Below, piece by piece: positions 25,187 to 33,951 of a DNA stretch of 64,000 nt. The stretch covers positions 3,598-67,597 of the forward strand of contig DASZXB010000037.1 of NCBI GenBank assembly GCA_035546095.1. The letters are read 5' to 3'. The notes beneath the pieces are model-generated. The model was not told the origin of the DNA. It did not search any database and saw only the letters and a program-made list of their open reading frames with translations. Made by a program: the position numbers and the translations under genes. This stretch comes from Verrucomicrobiia bacterium. GTDB taxonomy: Bacteria > Verrucomicrobiota > Verrucomicrobiia > Limisphaerales > UBA11358. Within the stretch, counting starts at the first letter, position 1; the number at the start of each line of letters is the position of its first letter.

Positions 25187-26692
25187 ATGAAAACGAATGT
25201 TTTGAAAATCAGCCTCGTGAGCCTTCTGTTGACGGTTGCAGTGATTTGTCCTTCAAAATCGGAAACGCCAATCGCCGTCACTCCTGAAATTATTGGCAGC
25301 GAAAACGCCGTCTTGACCGACGCGCCGGACGTGCCGCCACCCATCACACGCACGCACGCGACGAAAGTCATTGTAAATCTCGAAGTCAAGGAAGTCACCC
25401 GGCGACTCGCCGACGGCGTGGATTACACCTTTTGGACTTTTGGCGGCAGCGTGCCGGGGAAATTCATTCGGGTGCGCGAAAGCGACGAAGTGGAAATTCA
25501 TCTGGCCAACGCGCCGGACAGTAAAATGCCGCACAACATTGATTTGCACGCCGTCAGCGGGCCGGGCGGCGGCGCGGCGGCGTCATTTGTCGCGCCGGGA
25601 CATGAATCGCAATTCACCTTTCGCGCGCTCAATCCCGGACTTTACGTTTATCATTGCGCGACCGCACCCGTCGGAATGCACATCGCCAACGGAATGTATG
25701 GTTTGATTCTCGTCGAACCAACCAACGGCCTGCCGAAAGTAGACAAGGAATTTTACGTCATGCAAGGCGAATTTTACACCGCTGGGAAATTCGGCGATCC
25801 CGGCTTGCAACCGTTCGACCTGGACAAGGCGGTTGACGAGCGTCCGGCTTACGTCGTTTTCAACGGCGCGGTTGGTTCGCTCACGGACAGCAACGCGCTC
25901 ACGGCGCGCGTCAGCGAAAAAATCCGTTTTTTCGTCGGCAATGGCGGGCCGAATCTCGTGAGTTCATTTCACATCATTGGAAATATATTCGATAACGTTT
26001 ATGAAGAAGGCGGCACGATTGCGAATCAGCATAATGTGCAAACGACGCTGGTTCCGGCGGGTGGCGCGGCGATGGTGGAATTCACGCCCAAAGTTCCCGG
26101 CACTTACACTTTTCTCGACCATTCCATTTTGCGTGCCTTCAACAAAGGCTGCATCGGGCAATTGAAAGTGACCGGCGACGCGAACTGCGCGATTTTTTCC
26201 GGCAAACAAAGCGACACCATTTTTACCGAACCAGAAACCAATTCCGTTCCGGCGGTCAAAATTGAGCCGGTGGCCGCGAAGCCGGCGGAAAATTCCCAAT
26301 CCATTCCGGCAAACATGATCCCGGCCGTCGCAACGCAAATGGAATCGGGTAGACAGGTTTATCAACAAATCTGTTTCGTTTGCCATCAACCGAACGGCCT
26401 CGGCGTGCCGAATCAAATCCCGCCGCTGGCCGGCTCGGATTTTCTCGCGCATGAAAAAGTGGAATTGATTCGCACGTTGATTCAAGGACGCTCCGGCGAA
26501 ATTGTCGTCAATGGGAAAAAATTCAGCGGCATCATGGTTCCGCAGGCCAATCTGACCGACGATCAAATCGCCAACGTGCTGACGTTTGTGCGCAACAACT
26601 GGAACAATTCCGGCGACGCGGTGACGCCGGACGAAGTCCGCGCCGCGCGCGCCGGAGCGAAGCCGGTGGCCGCCGCAAATTCATTTGAATGA
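25187..26692 (+). CDS. nirK: copper-containing nitrite reductase NirK with C-terminal cytochrome c domain
   Basis: The HNIDLHAV type 2 Cu histidines and the YVYHCATAPVGMHIANGMYG His/Cys/His/Met ligand set are present. The C-terminal extension carries CFVCHQPNG (CxxCH) and a later Met. Confidence 0.95.
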   Translation: MKTNVLKISLVSLLLTVAVICPSKSETPIAVTPEIIGSENAVLTDAPDVPPPITRTHATKVIVNLEVKEVTRRLADGVDYTFWTFGGSVPGKFIRVRESDEVEIHLANAPDSKMPHNIDLHAVSGPGGGAAASFVAPGHESQFTFRALNPGLYVYHCATAPVGMHIANGMYGLILVEPTNGLPKVDKEFYVMQGEFYTAGKFGDPGLQPFDLDKAVDERPAYVVFNGAVGSLTDSNALTARVSEKIRFFVGNGGPNLVSSFHIIGNIFDNVYEEGGTIANQHNVQTTLVPAGGAAMVEFTPKVPGTYTFLDHSILRAFNKGCIGQLKVTGDANCAIFSGKQSDTIFTEPETNSVPAVKIEPVAAKPAENSQSIPANMIPAVATQMESGRQVYQQICFVCHQPNGLGVPNQIPPLAGSDFLAHEKVELIRTLIQGRSGEIVVNGKKFSGIMVPQANLTDDQIANVLTFVRNNWNNSGDAVTPDEVRAARAGAKPVAAANSFE

Positions 26693-26701
26693 AATCCGAT
26701 T

Positions 26702-27535
26702 ATGAATTTTAACGCAAAGACACAAAGACGCGGAGGCACGGGGATTGGAAAAATTTTCCTTTGCTGCGTCCTCGCCTCTTTGCGCCTTGGCGTTGATTCT
26801 TTCGCCGCCACAAACACGAGCGTCGTGCCCGCCGGCATGGTTCAAATTCCCGCCGGCGTTTATCGTCCGCTGCTGCGCGCGAAAACCGACGCGGCAGAAA
26901 TTCCCGTGAAAAGTTTTTTGCTCGACATCGAGCCGGTTTCCAACGGCGAATTTTTGGAATTCGTCCGCGTCCATCCGCAATGGCAACGCTCAAACGTCGC
27001 GCGCCTTTTTGCCGACGAATCGTATTTGAAAAATTGGGCGGGTGATTTGGAGTTGGGGAAAAATGCGCCGTCGAACGCGCCGGTCACGTTTGTCTCATGG
27101 TTCGCGGCGAAAGCCTACGCGCAATGGAAACACGAGCGGCTGCCGACCATCGCCGAATGGGAATTGGCTGCAAATGCCAGCACGACGCGTACCGACGGCG
27201 AAAATGCTCCGCAATTCAAAGCGGAAATCCTGAAGTGGTATTGCGAATCGTCCGCGACAGAATTTCTGCCGGTCGGCAACGGTGGAAAAAATTTTTACGG
27301 CGTCCGCGATTTGCACGGCCTGGTTTGGGAATGGGCCGCCGATTTTAATTCCGCGATTTTATCCGGCGATTCGCGCGCCGACGGCGCCGACGCGAAATTG
27401 TTTTGCGGCGCGGGCGCGCAAAGCGCACGCGCCGTGGACGATTATCCGGCGTTCATGCGATTTGCTTTTCGCAGCAGTCTCAAGGCGGATTATTGCATCC
27501 ACAATTTGGGCTTCCGCTGCGCCAAAGATTTATGA
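26702..27535 (+). CDS. nirV: NirV-type formylglycine-generating-enzyme (SUMF1) family protein
   Basis: FGE-sulfatase fold motifs (VSWFAAKAYAQW, NFYGVRDLHGLVWEW, GFRCAKD). It sits immediately downstream of nirK, as described for nirV. Confidence 0.8.
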   Translation: MNFNAKTQRRGGTGIGKIFLCCVLASLRLGVDSFAATNTSVVPAGMVQIPAGVYRPLLRAKTDAAEIPVKSFLLDIEPVSNGEFLEFVRVHPQWQRSNVARLFADESYLKNWAGDLELGKNAPSNAPVTFVSWFAAKAYAQWKHERLPTIAEWELAANASTTRTDGENAPQFKAEILKWYCESSATEFLPVGNGGKNFYGVRDLHGLVWEWAADFNSAILSGDSRADGADAKLFCGAGAQSARAVDDYPAFMRFAFRSSLKADYCIHNLGFRCAKDL

Positions 27536-28146
27536 AAACAAAACTCTCAACCGCCATCGTGGCCGCGCTTTTTTTCCAACTTGGAATTTCGGGCGCGACA
27601 GAAACCAATTCCATTCATCGCTCGTGCTGCGCGATGAATTTGTCCGCAAAAAAATTCACCGACCAATCGCTTTATCAAGTCGAATCGGTTTGGACAACGG
27701 ATGCGCAAAAACAAATCAAACTGGGCGCGCTCGCGGGAAAACCGCAGGTCGTTTTGATGTTTTACTCGCGCTGCACGACGGCCTGCCCGATTTTGGAAAA
27801 TGAATTGCGGCAGATTGAAGCCGCGCTGCCGCCGGAAACGCGCGCGAAAACCGGCTTTACCTTGATTTCGTTTGACAGCGAGCGTGACACGCCGGCGGCG
27901 CTCGCCGAATATCGGAAAGTCTGGAATTTGCCGGAAAATTGGACGCTGCTTTCCGGCCAGCCGGACGACGTTTTGGAACTGGCCGCGTTGCTCGGAATCC
28001 AATTCAAAAAATCCAGCGATGGCGAAATCGCGCACTCGAACGTCATCACGCTTTTGAACGCGCAAGGCGAAATTGTTTTTCGGCAAACCGGATTGAACGC
28101 CGGCGCGGATGAAATGGTTCGCCGGATTGAACAAATTGTGGAATAA
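27532..28146 (+). CDS. SCO/SenC family copper chaperone (thioredoxin fold)
   Basis: Signal/anchor MKTKLSTAIVAALFF, a VLMFYSRCTTACP CxxxC copper motif and a downstream His (EIAHSNVITLL). It has an ATGA overlap with nirV. Confidence 0.85.
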   Translation: MKTKLSTAIVAALFFQLGISGATETNSIHRSCCAMNLSAKKFTDQSLYQVESVWTTDAQKQIKLGALAGKPQVVLMFYSRCTTACPILENELRQIEAALPPETRAKTGFTLISFDSERDTPAALAEYRKVWNLPENWTLLSGQPDDVLELAALLGIQFKKSSDGEIAHSNVITLLNAQGEIVFRQTGLNAGADEMVRRIEQIVE

Positions 28147-28155
28147 TCCATCGTC

Positions 28156-28410
28156 ATGCCGCCGCTGAACCAGTTCAAACGCTTTGACGTTCGCGATTTG
28201 ATTCGTCGCGGCATTGAACCGTTTCCTGAAATCCGCCGGCGCGTGGACGCGCTCAAGCCGGACGAAGGATTGATTGTCGTCGCGCCGTTTTTGCCGTCGC
28301 CGCTCGTGGAAATTTTGAGCAGTGAGGGATTTACATCGAAAGTGGAGCGCGGCGGCGGCGCGGACTGGCTGGTTTATTTTTGGCGCGAAACCGATTTGAC
28401 CTCACCATGA
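28156..28410 (+). CDS. DUF2249 domain protein
   Basis: 84 aa: FDVRDLIRRGIEPFPEIRRRVDALKPDEGLIVVAPFLPSPLVEILSSEGF...ADWLVYFWRE. Confidence 0.8.
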   Translation: MPPLNQFKRFDVRDLIRRGIEPFPEIRRRVDALKPDEGLIVVAPFLPSPLVEILSSEGFTSKVERGGGADWLVYFWRETDLTSP

Positions 28411-29123
28411 GCGCTGTCACCAATTACAAAACGATTGCGTTGATCAACACGCTGCGCAGTTGCCAGCTTTTCACGGGACTGCCGCAACTGGATTTGGAAA
28501 AAATCGCGGACGTGACGGTTTTGAAATCGCTGGAAAAGGACGATTATCTTTTTCGCGAAGGCGATCCGGCGCACGGCTTTTATGTCGTTCAACGCGGCGC
28601 GGTTAACGTGCATCGCGTCAGCGCCACGGGCAAGGAGCAGGTCATTCACGTTTTTCGCGCGGGCGATTCGTTTGCGGAAGTCGCGCTGGCTTCCGAACGC
28701 GGCTACCCCGCCGATGCGCGCGCCATCGAACCGACGCAGGTTTTGCTCGTGCAAAAGGCCGGGATTTTGGAATTGCTCAAACGCCAGCCGGAACTCGCGC
28801 TGCGAATGCTCGGCTCGATGAGCAGCCATTTGCGCGTGCTGGTTGGACAGCTTGAAGATTTGACGCTGAAAGACGTCGAAACGCGGCTGGCGAACTGGCT
28901 GGTGAAGCGTTGCGCGAATCCGCAAAGCGAAACGTCGGTGAAAATTGAATTGGCGATGACCAAGCGGGTTCTTGCGGCGGAACTCGGCACGGTGAGCGAA
29001 ACGTTTTCGCGCACGCTCGCAAAATTTCGGGAGCAAAAACTGATTTCAGTAAAAGGCAAAACCATCACGGTTTTGTCGCCGATAAAATTGCGTGCGCTGT
29101 TGCGGCGTAATTTGGGCGAATGA
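28407..29123 (+). CDS. Crp/Fnr family transcriptional regulator, Dnr/NnrR-like
   Basis: cNMP-type beta-roll (YLFREGDPAHGFYVVQRGAVNVHR) plus an HTH with the E--SR recognition motif (VSETFSRTLAKF) that reads TTGAT half-sites. It lacks the N-terminal Cys cluster of O2-sensing FNR. It has an ATGA overlap with the upstream gene. Confidence 0.9.
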   Translation: MSAVTNYKTIALINTLRSCQLFTGLPQLDLEKIADVTVLKSLEKDDYLFREGDPAHGFYVVQRGAVNVHRVSATGKEQVIHVFRAGDSFAEVALASERGYPADARAIEPTQVLLVQKAGILELLKRQPELALRMLGSMSSHLRVLVGQLEDLTLKDVETRLANWLVKRCANPQSETSVKIELAMTKRVLAAELGTVSETFSRTLAKFREQKLISVKGKTITVLSPIKLRALLRRNLGE

Positions 29124-29131
29124 CAGATGGG

Positions 29132-30148
29132 TTAGAAAAATTTCTGCTGATTTCCTGTTGCGGCTTTCAATCCTAATTTTTGGTAGCTCAATTCCGTTGC
29201 CACACGACCTTGCGGCGTGCGGTTCAGGAATCCTTCCATGATTAAATACGGCTCATAGACTTCCTCAATCGTGTCCGGCTCTTCGCCGACGGCGACGGCG
29301 AGCGAATTGACGCCGACGGGTCCGCCGCCGAATTTCACAATGACGGTTTCCAAAATGCGCTTATCCATTTCGTCCAGACCGTTTTGGTCAATTTCCAACA
29401 TCGCCAGCGCTTTGTCGGCGATGGGTGCAGTGATTTTGCCGTCGTGCTTCACTTGCGCGTAATCGCGGACGCGGCGGAGCAGATTGTTCGCGATGCGCGG
29501 CGTGCCGCGGCTGCGGTGCGCGATTTCCAGCGCGCCGGATTTTTCGATTTCCACGTTCAGTAAATTCGCCGAGCGAATGATAATCGCCTGCAATTGTTCG
29601 GCGTGATAGTAATCCAATCGTTCGCGCATTCCAAAACGCGTGAGCAGCGGCGCGCTCAACAAACCGCTGCGCGTGGTCGCGCCAATCAAAGTGAAGCGCG
29701 GCAAATTTAATCTGACGCTGCGCGCGTTCGGTCCTTGGTCAATGATGATGTCGAGTTTGAAATCTTCCATCGCCGGATACAGATATTCCTCGATGGTTTT
29801 TTGCAGGCGATGAATTTCGTCAATGAACAGCACGTCGCCTTCTTCGAGATTGGTCAACAGTCCGGCGAGGTCGCCAGCCTTTTCAATCGTCGGGCCGCTG
29901 GTGCTTTTGAGATTTGTGCCCATCGCTTTGGCCAAAATGTTGGCGAGCGTGGTTTTGCCGAGACCGGGCGGGCCGTTGAGTAAAATGTGGTCGAGCGGTT
30001 CTTTTCTTTTTTTCGCGGCGGCGACGGAAATTTCCAATCGCTCTTTGACTTTTGGCTGGCCGGTGAATTCGGAAAAGAGCGACGGGCGCAGCGTCATTTC
30101 CAACGCCGCGTCCGGTTTATTCAAGGTGGAAACCGCGCGTTCGGACAT
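29132..30148 (-). CDS. ruvB: Holliday junction branch migration helicase RuvB
   Basis: [19 protein letters not shown], Walker [10 protein letters not shown], Walker [10 protein letters not shown], and [16 protein letters not shown]. Confidence 0.95.
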   Translation of the reverse strand: MSERAVSTLNKPDAALEMTLRPSLFSEFTGQPKVKERLEISVAAAKKRKEPLDHILLNGPPGLGKTTLANILAKAMGTNLKSTSGPTIEKAGDLAGLLTNLEEGDVLFIDEIHRLQKTIEEYLYPAMEDFKLDIIIDQGPNARSVRLNLPRFTLIGATTRSGLLSAPLLTRFGMRERLDYYHAEQLQAIIIRSANLLNVEIEKSGALEIAHRSRGTPRIANNLLRRVRDYAQVKHDGKITAPIADKALAMLEIDQNGLDEMDKRILETVIVKFGGGPVGVNSLAVAVGEEPDTIEEVYEPYLIMEGFLNRTPQGRVATELSYQKLGLKAATGNQQKFF

Positions 30149-30286
30149 CGCGGGAAAGATTGCGGAAACCGTGCGCAGCGGCAAGCCGCGATTCCGCCGA
30201 CCATAGAAAACACATGAAATAGGGCACTTTTTTCAATAAAAAATGCTGGAAAATCGGCTGGACATCAGGCAAGCTGCGCGCCCTTT

Positions 30287-32758
30287 ATGGGACGAAAGAA
30301 ATCATTCCTGCGCGGCGCGATGGCGTTGAGCGTATGGTCGTGCGCCGCAAATGCGTTCGCGGGCGACGCGGACATCAATCTGCCTTCGTTGCAGGACACC
30401 ACGTTTTTTGGCGGTCATTTGAGCGGCCACGCCATTTTGTTTTTCGGCCTCGCCGTTTGCGTCGTCGGCGCGTTGTTCGGACTGTTTCAATACAAACAGA
30501 CCCGCGCGTTGCCCGTTCACAAATTGATGGCGCATGTCTCCGATGTCATTTGGGAAACGTGCAAAACCTATTTGCTGCAACAGGGAAAATTTCTCGCCGC
30601 GCTCTGGGCGCTCATCGCGCTATGCATCATTTATTATTTCTGGCAACTGCAAAAAAAATCCGTCGGCGACGTTCTGATTATCCTCGCGGCTTCCATTCTG
30701 GGAATTCTCGGCAGTTACGGCGTCGCGTGGTTCGGAATTCGCATCAACACGACAGCCAACTCCCGCGCCGCATTTGCCTCGCTTAAAGGCAATTCGCTCA
30801 AAACACTGTTTATCCCGCTCAAAGCCGGCATGAGCATCGGTTTACTGCTCGTGTGCGTAGAATTGTTCTGCATGATTTCCATTCTCGCGTTCATTCCGCG
30901 CGAATTGGCCGGACCGTGTTTCATCGGATTTGCCATCGGTGAATCGCTCGGCGCGGCGGCCTTGCGAATCGGCGGTGGCATTTTCACCAAGATTGCGGAC
31001 ATCGGCAGCGACTTGATGAAAATCGTTTTCAACCTGCCGGAAGACGATCCGAAAAATCCCGGCGTCATCGCCGATTGCACCGGCGACAACGCGGGCGATT
31101 CCGTCGGCCCGACGGCGGATGGTTTTGAAACTTACGGCGTCACCAGCGTCGCGCTCATCGCCTTTCTCGCGCTCGCGCTCGTCGCTTCGCCGATTCTCTG
31201 CGGCAAATTGATTGTCTGGCTGTTCGCGATTCAAAGTCTGATGGTGCTCGCGTCACTGTTTTCCTATTACGCGAACCGTTTCATGAGCGGAATCCTTTTC
31301 GGCGGTAAAAAACATTTCAATTGGGAATCGCCGCTGACCAATCTCGTCTGGACGAATTGCATCGTCGCCATCGTCGTCGCCTTTGGCGCGAGCAAATTGT
31401 TGCTCGGCGATTTGACCGACGCGACCGGCGCGGCGCTGCCGAATCTCTGGTGGTCGCTGGCCGGAATCATTTCCTGCGGCGTGCTGGCCGGCGCGCTCAT
31501 CATGGAATTTACCAAAATTTTCGTCAGCACCTCGTCCAAGCACGTGCAGGAAGTCATGCGCTCGTCCGAACAAGGTGGCGCGTCGTTGAACATTCTGTCT
31601 GGTTTCGTAGCCGGAAATTTTTCCGCGTTTTGGATGGGACTCGTGATTTTATTCCTGATGTTCATCGCCTATCTTTTTTCGCAGAACGGTGATTTAACGC
31701 GGCTCATGCCAGTGGAATTTGGTTTTGCCGCGCCGATTTTTGCGTTCGGCCTCGTTGCCTTCGGTTTTCTGGCGATGGCGCCGGTGATTGTCGCCGTGGA
31801 CAGCTTTGGACCCGTCACCGACAACGCGCAATCGGTTTATGAATTGAGCCAAATCGAACACGCGCCGAACATCGCGGCGGAAATCGAAAAAGATTTCGGC
31901 TTCAAACCTGATTTTGGTAGCGCGAAGCTGGAATTGGAAAAAGGCGACGGCGCGGGCAACACGTTCAAGGCAACCGCAAAGCCTGTATTGATTGGCACGG
32001 CGGTCGTCGGCGCAACCACGATGATTTTCGGCATCATCATGCTGCTCCAAAATGCTTTCGGCAACGCCGCGAGCAGCTTGAGTTTGATTGAGCCTCAAAT
32101 CGTTTTCGGTCTGCTCATGGGCGGCTCGGTGATTTACTGGTTCACCGGCGCGAGCACCCAAGCCGTCGTCACCGGCGCGTATCGCGCGGTCGTGTTCATC
32201 AAGAAAAATCTGAATCTGCAAAAAGCCGAAGCTTCGATTGAGGACAGCAAAAAAGTCGTCGAGATTTGCACGGTTTACGCGCAGCGCGGACTCATCAACA
32301 TTTTTATCGTCGTGTTCGCCTTCGCGCTCGGCCTGCCGTTTTTCAACCAATACTTTTTCATCGGCTACCTGATTGGTATCGCGTTCTTCGGATTGTTTCA
32401 GGCCATTTTCATGGCCAACGCCGGTGGCGCGTGGGACAACGCCAAGAAAATCGTCGAAGTGGATTTGCGCCAAAAATCCACCGACCTGCACGCCGCCACC
32501 GTCGTCGGCGACACCGTCGGCGACCCGTTCAAAGACACCAGTTCCGTCGCGATGAATCCAATTATCAAATTCACGACGCTGTTCGGTCTGCTCGCGACGG
32601 AAATCGCCGTGACGATGAAAAAAGCCAACGCCGATTCGCACCAGCACTCGCATTTGTCCTACGTCATTGGCGCGATTTGCTTTGTGATTGCGCTCATCTT
32701 CGTCTGGCGCTCGTTTTATCACATGCGGATTCCCGACGACAAAACCGTCGCAAAATAA
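30287..32758 (+). CDS. hppA: membrane-bound ion-translocating pyrophosphatase
   Basis: GGGIFTKIADIGSDLMK, DCTGDNAGDSVGPTADGFETYG, GGAWDNAKK and GDTVGDPFKDTSSVAMNPIIKF. 823 aa. Confidence 0.95.
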   Translation: MGRKKSFLRGAMALSVWSCAANAFAGDADINLPSLQDTTFFGGHLSGHAILFFGLAVCVVGALFGLFQYKQTRALPVHKLMAHVSDVIWETCKTYLLQQGKFLAALWALIALCIIYYFWQLQKKSVGDVLIILAASILGILGSYGVAWFGIRINTTANSRAAFASLKGNSLKTLFIPLKAGMSIGLLLVCVELFCMISILAFIPRELAGPCFIGFAIGESLGAAALRIGGGIFTKIADIGSDLMKIVFNLPEDDPKNPGVIADCTGDNAGDSVGPTADGFETYGVTSVALIAFLALALVASPILCGKLIVWLFAIQSLMVLASLFSYYANRFMSGILFGGKKHFNWESPLTNLVWTNCIVAIVVAFGASKLLLGDLTDATGAALPNLWWSLAGIISCGVLAGALIMEFTKIFVSTSSKHVQEVMRSSEQGGASLNILSGFVAGNFSAFWMGLVILFLMFIAYLFSQNGDLTRLMPVEFGFAAPIFAFGLVAFGFLAMAPVIVAVDSFGPVTDNAQSVYELSQIEHAPNIAAEIEKDFGFKPDFGSAKLELEKGDGAGNTFKATAKPVLIGTAVVGATTMIFGIIMLLQNAFGNAASSLSLIEPQIVFGLLMGGSVIYWFTGASTQAVVTGAYRAVVFIKKNLNLQKAEASIEDSKKVVEICTVYAQRGLINIFIVVFAFALGLPFFNQYFFIGYLIGIAFFGLFQAIFMANAGGAWDNAKKIVEVDLRQKSTDLHAATVVGDTVGDPFKDTSSVAMNPIIKFTTLFGLLATEIAVTMKKANADSHQHSHLSYVIGAICFVIALIFVWRSFYHMRIPDDKTVAK

Positions 32759-32796
32759 ACTCGAAAACGCGCGCGCAAAATTCCACATTGGAATTT

Positions 32797-33951
32797 GTGT
32801 CCGTCATCGAACGCCAAATTCAAGTCCGCTGGCAACTGCGCGTCTTTTTCACTGAAGACGTTTTCGCGCCGGACAATTTGACTTTGCAAAACGCGCTCGC
32901 CGACGGTGTGCCCAAAAAAGTTCTCGTCGTCCTCGAAGATTCGCTCGCGCTGGCGCAGCCGAATCTGGAAACACAAATCGAAAATTATTTTTCAACGCGC
33001 GCAAAACAATTGCAACTCGTCCGTCCGCCGCTGTTAGTGGTCGGCGGCGAGCCGTCCAAAAATTCATTCCAACTCGTCACCGAAATTCTTTCGCGCATTG
33101 ACCGTCACCATATTGACCGCCACTCGTATTTGATTGTTGTCGGCGGCGGCGCGCTGCTCGATGTCACCGGACTTGCCACCGCCACCGCGCATCGCGGCGT
33201 GCGCCACGTCCGCATTCCCACGACGACGCTTGCGCAGGCCGATTCCGGCGTCGGCGTGAAAAATGGCATCAATGCGTTCGGCAAAAAGAATTTCATGGGC
33301 ACATTTGCGCCGCCGTTCGCCGTCATCAATGATTTTAATCTGCTCGCCACACTCAATCCGCGCGACAAACGCGCCGGTTACGTCGAAGCCGTCAAAGTCG
33401 CCTGCATCCGCGACGCAAATTTTTTCGCCGAAATCGAACGCGACGCGCCAAAGCTGATTTTGTTTGAGCCGGGCGCAATGAAAAATCTGATCCGCCGCTG
33501 CGCCGAATTGCATTTGAATCACATTGCCACAAGCGGCGACCCGTTTGAAACCGGCTCGGCGCGTCCGCTGGACTTCGGCCATTGGTCGGCGCACAAACTG
33601 GAGCAACTTTCCAACTTTCAAATCCCGCACGGCGAAGCCGTCGCCATCGGCATCGCGCTTGACGTGATTTGCTCGCGCGAAACCGGCTTGCTCGACGCGC
33701 CATCCTGCGAACGCATTTTGAAATTGCTCGAACGACTCGGTTTCAAATTGTTCGCCAACGAATTATTGAACGCCGATGCCAACGAAAATTGGCAAATCCT
33801 CGCCGGCCTCGAAGAATTCCGTGAACATCTCGGCGGCGAATTGACGATTACACTTTTGCGTGAAATCGGCCGCGGCGTTGAAATCCACGAAATGAATCCG
33901 CAAAAAATTCTCGCCGCGATTCACGAACTGCGCGACCGTTTCTCAAAATGA
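32797..33951 (+). CDS. 3-dehydroquinate synthase family protein (sugar-phosphate-cyclase-like, EboD-like)
   Basis: VVGGGALLDVTGLATATAHRGVRHVRIPTTTLAQADSGVGVKNGINAFGKKNFMGTF and RPLDFGHWSAHKLE. The start is GTG 32797 or TTG 32788; the longer ORF from 32266 overlaps hppA. Confidence 0.8.
   Translation: MSVIERQIQVRWQLRVFFTEDVFAPDNLTLQNALADGVPKKVLVVLEDSLALAQPNLETQIENYFSTRAKQLQLVRPPLLVVGGEPSKNSFQLVTEILSRIDRHHIDRHSYLIVVGGGALLDVTGLATATAHRGVRHVRIPTTTLAQADSGVGVKNGINAFGKKNFMGTFAPPFAVINDFNLLATLNPRDKRAGYVEAVKVACIRDANFFAEIERDAPKLILFEPGAMKNLIRRCAELHLNHIATSGDPFETGSARPLDFGHWSAHKLEQLSNFQIPHGEAVAIGIALDVICSRETGLLDAPSCERILKLLERLGFKLFANELLNADANENWQILAGLEEFREHLGGELTITLLREIGRGVEIHEMNPQKILAAIHELRDRFSK

Noticed and set aside
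31694-32788. 364 aa ORF antisense to hppA, and the 5' 530 nt of ORF 32266..33951.
   Set aside because: Both overlap the unambiguous pyrophosphatase frame. The DHQS-like homology only begins after the hppA stop, so the start was moved to GTG 32797.
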